Virus record (IMG/VR): IMGVR_UViG_3300020045_011308
Coordinates: 1-50,136 of that record
Reading direction: 5' to 3' (one strand)
Length of the DNA: 50,136 nucleotides
Source of the DNA: a virus
Taxonomy: Duplodnaviria; Caudoviricetes
Part shown: positions 46,633 through 50,136 of the stretch, piece by piece
Numbering within the stretch: position 1 is the stretch's first letter
Layout: each line of letters opens with the position of its first letter
The notes under the pieces: generated by a model
What the model saw: the letters and a program-made list of their open reading frames with translations, nothing else
Database searches by the model: none
What the model was told of the DNA's origin: nothing
Translations under genes and position numbers: made by a program

Positions 46633-48592
46633 TAACGAGTCCGGAAGTTCCATCAACGACGCAGTTGCGAAACTGAAGCTTAGACGTGCTTCTGAAGCAC
46701 TGGATTACCCGGATGATGCACCAAAATCTACTAGCCGTCGTGTGAAAGCCAGCTCACCAGAGGGCCTCGCAGCGATGCGGTCTTACTCTGATAAAGCTGA
46801 AGCTGAACAACAGGCGCGAAAACAAGAAAAACGCGGTATCAAGCCTGCCGACCTCAATGTCGGTGTAATTAAGAGCTTCATTGATGGATTCCTCGAGGGT
46901 TTTCAAAAGGAAGCAAAGCGTATCGTCGAAGCTGAGCGCACCAAGAGTGAAAAGATGGAAACGAAAGACGCACTCACAGGTAGCTGCTGCTCGAAGATTG
47001 AAGATAGTTTTCAGAACTTCTTTGGCATCTTCAAAGGATGGACCCAGAATTTCGTTAACATGGATAATTCACTCGATGCCATTGTTAAGTCGATGGGTAT
47101 TGAGAACCGTAAGGATGATCTTGAAGAATCGCGGGCTGCCGCACGCGGTGAGTCAGAACTTTTCAATCGCCAACCGGGTGATGAGAGCGGTCTAACAGTA
47201 GGGCAACGTCTAGCAGGTAGAGGTAAAGACTTCGCATCTAATACTGTTGAAATGTTTCGCTCAATGATTACGAGTCTTATCAGTGGTGCTGTTAAAGGCT
47301 TACTCGGACTAGGAGCCGCGGGCCTCGCCGTAGCTCTTCTTCCTAAAGAATATCAACAATTGATAGGTAGTGCTCTCAAGGGTATCTGGGAGGGTCTAGA
47401 GGATGTAGTACCTGGCCTTAAGACATTTAGTAGCCTCATCAGCGGCATCAATACAATACACGAGAAGTATATCAGCTTCATGGAAGCGACTCTCTTCCCG
47501 ATGTTTAAGCGTGTTGGTGAGATTTATGATGAGATAAAAGGCTGGTTCGGTGGTTCAAAGAAACCGTCCCAAGATCAGAATACAAAAGATTACATTACTC
47601 GTCGTCAGACGGAAGAAGAGCAGTCGTGGCGAGCAGCAAACCCTGAGCCTGATACAACTAATATGAGCCCTCGCGCAAAGCGAGCCGCGAAGGCTGAGTA
47701 TAACACCAGGTATGATGCAGCGATGGATGCTGCGAATAAGAGGATTGATGGTGAGGTCTCGAAGGGGGGTTTACCGCCCGCTAATTCAGGACCGCAATCA
47801 CGCGGTAAGATTGGTGGTGCTCCTCAGGTTGCAGATCCAATCTCTACACCGGGTGCTACACCAAATGTATCGGGAGCTGGTGATAGCTACAACTACGATT
47901 CATACGCATCAGCAATCGGTGCTCGTGAAAGTAACAACAATTACGCCGCTGTAAACACACTTGGGTTCCTCGGCAAATATCAGTTTGGTGCGGCCGCACT
48001 CGAAGATATTGGTTTGCTGAAGAAGGGCGCATCGAAGGGTGGCAACTCTGCGCTCAACAATCCAAGTAATTGGACCATTCCTGGTGGTAAAGAGGCGTTC
48101 TTGAGTGACCCGGCTGCTCAAGAAGATGCGATGAAGCGCTATACCGCTTCTAATCTGAGAACACTTAAGAAAATTGGTGTACTTGGAAAGAATGCTAGTC
48201 CTTCTGACGTCGCATCAGCACTCGCAGCATCTCATCTTGTAGGCCCTGGTGGTGCTAAGAAGACTTTGAGTGGTGAAGATCAGAGTGACGCGTATGGTAC
48301 AAAGAGTAGTGAATACATGAAGCTCGGTGCATCATCACAGATGCCAAGTGGAACACAACAACCACCGGCGCCAACGGCTGGCATTGATGTGTCGAGGGCC
48401 TCTACTGCAATTCAGGCTACAAAAGAAGCTCGTGCTACAAATGTGAATGTTAACGCACCAACAATCACGCCTCAATCAGGTGGAAATCAACAATCAAGCA
48501 GAAGCGAGAGTGTTGATATTCCTTCACCTGTTGCATATCGCGGCTCTGTTGACCGCGATATCTACTTTACTACTGCAATGGGTGCAGCTTAA
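46625..48592 (+). CDS. Tape measure / hub protein gp29-like with a C-terminal lysozyme-like domain
   Basis: Helical, with a hydrophobic segment (GLLGLGAAGLAVALL), and follows gp26/gp51. RES.NNY..VN..G.LGKYQFG and AASHL.G.GGA are lysozyme/transglycosylase-like motifs. Confidence 0.75.
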   Translation: MIDNESGSSINDAVAKLKLRRASEALDYPDDAPKSTSRRVKASSPEGLAAMRSYSDKAEAEQQARKQEKRGIKPADLNVGVIKSFIDGFLEGFQKEAKRIVEAERTKSEKMETKDALTGSCCSKIEDSFQNFFGIFKGWTQNFVNMDNSLDAIVKSMGIENRKDDLEESRAAARGESELFNRQPGDESGLTVGQRLAGRGKDFASNTVEMFRSMITSLISGAVKGLLGLGAAGLAVALLPKEYQQLIGSALKGIWEGLEDVVPGLKTFSSLISGINTIHEKYISFMEATLFPMFKRVGEIYDEIKGWFGGSKKPSQDQNTKDYITRRQTEEEQSWRAANPEPDTTNMSPRAKRAAKAEYNTRYDAAMDAANKRIDGEVSKGGLPPANSGPQSRGKIGGAPQVADPISTPGATPNVSGAGDSYNYDSYASAIGARESNNNYAAVNTLGFLGKYQFGAAALEDIGLLKKGASKGGNSALNNPSNWTIPGGKEAFLSDPAAQEDAMKRYTASNLRTLKKIGVLGKNASPSDVASALAASHLVGPGGAKKTLSGEDQSDAYGTKSSEYMKLGASSQMPSGTQQPPAPTAGIDVSRASTAIQATKEARATNVNVNAPTITPQSGGNQQSSRSESVDIPSPVAYRGSVDRDIYFTTAMGAA

Positions 48593-48845
48593 ACTTTGCA
48601 AGCAACCGTTGCAGTTCCGCTTGAACACGCGTGAGTCGCTGATATTCCTGACGCACCCACCGCGGATCAGCCTCACCATCGCAGGATATGTTCTCTGGCG
48701 ATAGCTCCCCTTCAATACGATTCAAGAGAGCTTCAACATCCTTGCGCGTCAGATTCGCAACACGATTGATGATCGTCGGATTCTTTTCCCAGATCGACGC
48801 TTCGCGATTCTTCAAATCAATGTAGTTCTGAATAACTCGGCTCAT
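48570..48845 (-). CDS. Hypothetical phage protein with LSPEN.SCDGE motif
   Basis: AGGAG RBS, helical ORF with a recurrent phage motif. Its 3' end overlaps the tape measure stop convergently. Confidence 0.7.
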   Translation of the reverse strand: MSRVIQNYIDLKNREASIWEKNPTIINRVANLTRKDVEALLNRIEGELSPENISCDGEADPRWVRQEYQRLTRVQAELQRLLAKFKLHPLQ

Positions 48846-48872
48846 TTTGTTCTCCTGTAGTTGTTGAATTCG

Positions 48873-49130
48873 TTACTTTTTACTAAGCCAATCAACGACC
48901 GCAACCGCGTTGTTATTCACGATGCTGGAGCTGATAATCCTCACACCCTTGCGACGAGCATCAGCTTCCATCACGTCGTAGATGAAATCCTTTTCATCGC
49001 GACCGGGTATAGCCTTAATCTCAAAGACCCAATCACTCGAGGTTCTGTCCATCAACACCAAACCATCTTCTGTGATGAATTTGATGCGAGGAGCAGCTTT
49101 CGGTTTAGGTTGTGATTTCTTTTGTTTCAT
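48873..49130 (-). CDS. Hypothetical early protein
   Basis: Directly downstream of a sigma70-type promoter. The start is either ATG 49130 or TTG 49142. Confidence 0.6.
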   Translation of the reverse strand: MKQKKSQPKPKAAPRIKFITEDGLVLMDRTSSDWVFEIKAIPGRDEKDFIYDVMEADARRKGVRIISSSIVNNNAVAVVDWLSKK

Positions 49131-49162
49131 CTCTATCTTCAATTAATTTAACACCACAATTA

Positions 49163-49191
49163 ATTATAGGATAACGTAGATATTAGGGCAA
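49163..49191 (-). promoter_or_regulatory. sigma70-type early promoter TTGCCC-N17-TATAAT
   Basis: The minus strand reads TTGCCC taatatctacgttatcc TATAAT, with an AT-rich upstream element, just after the gp32 terminator. Confidence 0.8.
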
Positions 49192-49205
49192 CCCTTATTT
49201 AATCG

Positions 49206-49238
49206 AAACAAAAAGAAAGCGCCGTTTAGACGCTTTCT
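49206..49238 (-). terminator. Rho-independent terminator after gp32
   Basis: The minus strand reads AGAAAGCG-tctaaacgg-CGCTTTCT followed by TTTTGTTT. Confidence 0.85.
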
Positions 49239-49252
49239 GAAACTACGCGACG

Positions 49253-50136
49253 TTAGTCGTCAGCGAGTTTTCTGAACAAGGCAAGATCATCACTATCATC
49301 GGAATCAGTTGATACAGATTCACGTTGAGCTGGCGCCTCAACAGCACGCTCTTGAGGAGCTGCAGCTGTCTTCGGACCTTCTTCCATCGGATTGGTCTTC
49401 TTATCGAGACCAAGAACAACATACAAACGACGCTTCAATTCATCGTAGGACTTGAATTGATCAGCAGCAATGACTGCTTTAAGCGAAGGTGACGACTTCC
49501 AAACTTCTTCAAGTTTCTTGTCATCTTTCATGAGGGCGCCAGCTTCCATGAACTCCGATTTATCGTAGTTCGTGAAACCATCAACTTTTCTGATGATGAG
49601 CTTGAAGTTTGCACCACTCCACAGATCGAAAGGATTGATAGGCTGTGGTGTCTCACCTGTCAACTCGTCTTTTTCAGGATGCATTGCAGCATTGAGTTTG
49701 TCGAAAATCTTCTTACCGTAACGGAATTTGAAGACCTTACCTTCGTTATCAGGATTTGCGGGATCCTTAACAACGTAGATATTCGATACAAAGTTGAGTT
49801 GACGCTTCTGAATGCTAACAATCTTCTTGTTTGCTTCAGTTCCTGTGTTCCAGAGTTCAGTGTTGTACTCTGATACAGGGTCAGGTTGACCGAGAGTGGT
49901 CAGCGAATTTTCGATATACCAAAGACCAGAAGGGCCTTTGAAGCCGTGATTCCAGTAGCGGATGAAAGGTTCATCTTCACCGGGTGGTGCAGTCATGAAT
50001 CGGATAATTGCGGAGCCGTTACCAACTTTGTCGACAGCGGCGCGCCAGTAAGTCTTATCTTCTTCGTAGGCGGGTTTGTTCATCTTTTCGAGCGCTTGAT
50101 TAAGCTTGTCGAATTGTGAACTTGAGTTCTTTTTTA
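49253..50136 (-). CDS. gp32: Single-stranded DNA-binding protein gp32 (5' end outside the window)
   Basis: DK.GNG.A.IRF, HGF.G..G.WYIEN..TT.G..DPV, GK.IFDK, PFD.W.GANF, NYD.S.F and an acidic tail. The frame stays open to the window edge (KKNSSSQFDKLNQALEKM). Confidence 0.97.
   Translation of the reverse strand, partial: KKNSSSQFDKLNQALEKMNKPAYEEDKTYWRAAVDKVGNGSAIIRFMTAPPGEDEPFIRYWNHGFKGPSGLWYIENSLTTLGQPDPVSEYNTELWNTGTEANKKIVSIQKRQLNFVSNIYVVKDPANPDNEGKVFKFRYGKKIFDKLNAAMHPEKDELTGETPQPINPFDLWSGANFKLIIRKVDGFTNYDKSEFMEAGALMKDDKKLEEVWKSSPSLKAVIAADQFKSYDELKRRLYVVLGLDKKTNPMEEGPKTAAAPQERAVEAPAQRESVSTDSDDSDDLALFRKLADD

Noticed and set aside
357-50119. Numerous short antisense or alternate-frame ORFs in the track (for example 2174..2794, 4966..5592, 12765..13259, 24394..24918)
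   Set aside because: They are shadows of long conserved genes on the opposite strand or in other frames, with no recognisable motifs. The Pro-rich one mirrors the collagen Gly codons.
1-50136. Stop-codon reassignment, introns, inteins, homing endonucleases, tRNAs
   Set aside because: Core genes are intact and of plausible length under the standard code with all three stops used. No splicing, endonuclease or tRNA signatures were seen, and intergenic gaps are short.

Overview
This window is the virion-morphogenesis region of a T4-like myovirus using the standard genetic code. The host cannot be determined from the sequence. The minus strand carries gp48, gp53, a gp27-like hub, gp5 without lysozyme, PAAR gp5.4, gp25, gp6, gp7, gp8, a DUF4815/VrlC-like giant, a fibre, gp13-gp20 and gp67/core proteins. 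A divergent plus-strand unit carries gp4, gp2, gp54, gp26, an unannotated gp51-like ORF and a gp29-like tape measure with a lysozyme-like domain. The right end has two small sigma70-driven ORFs and a 5'-truncated gp32. Many T4 late promoters (TATAAATA or CATAAATA) are visible. Most notable observations: (1) three fibre/adhesin-like genes behind a late promoter in the head cluster that all carry Sec signal peptides and paired cysteines; (2) a candidate -1 ribosomal frameshift (T TTT TTT with an upstream GGAG) fusing gp26 to the start-less gp51-like ORF; (3) N-X-S/T sequons at matching positions in exposed virion modules; (4) a five-gene collagen/adhesin cassette between portal and gp67; (5) a perfect 42-bp fold-back at the window start that truncates the first ORF and is probably an artefact. 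All family assignments come from motif and synteny recognition, not database searches.
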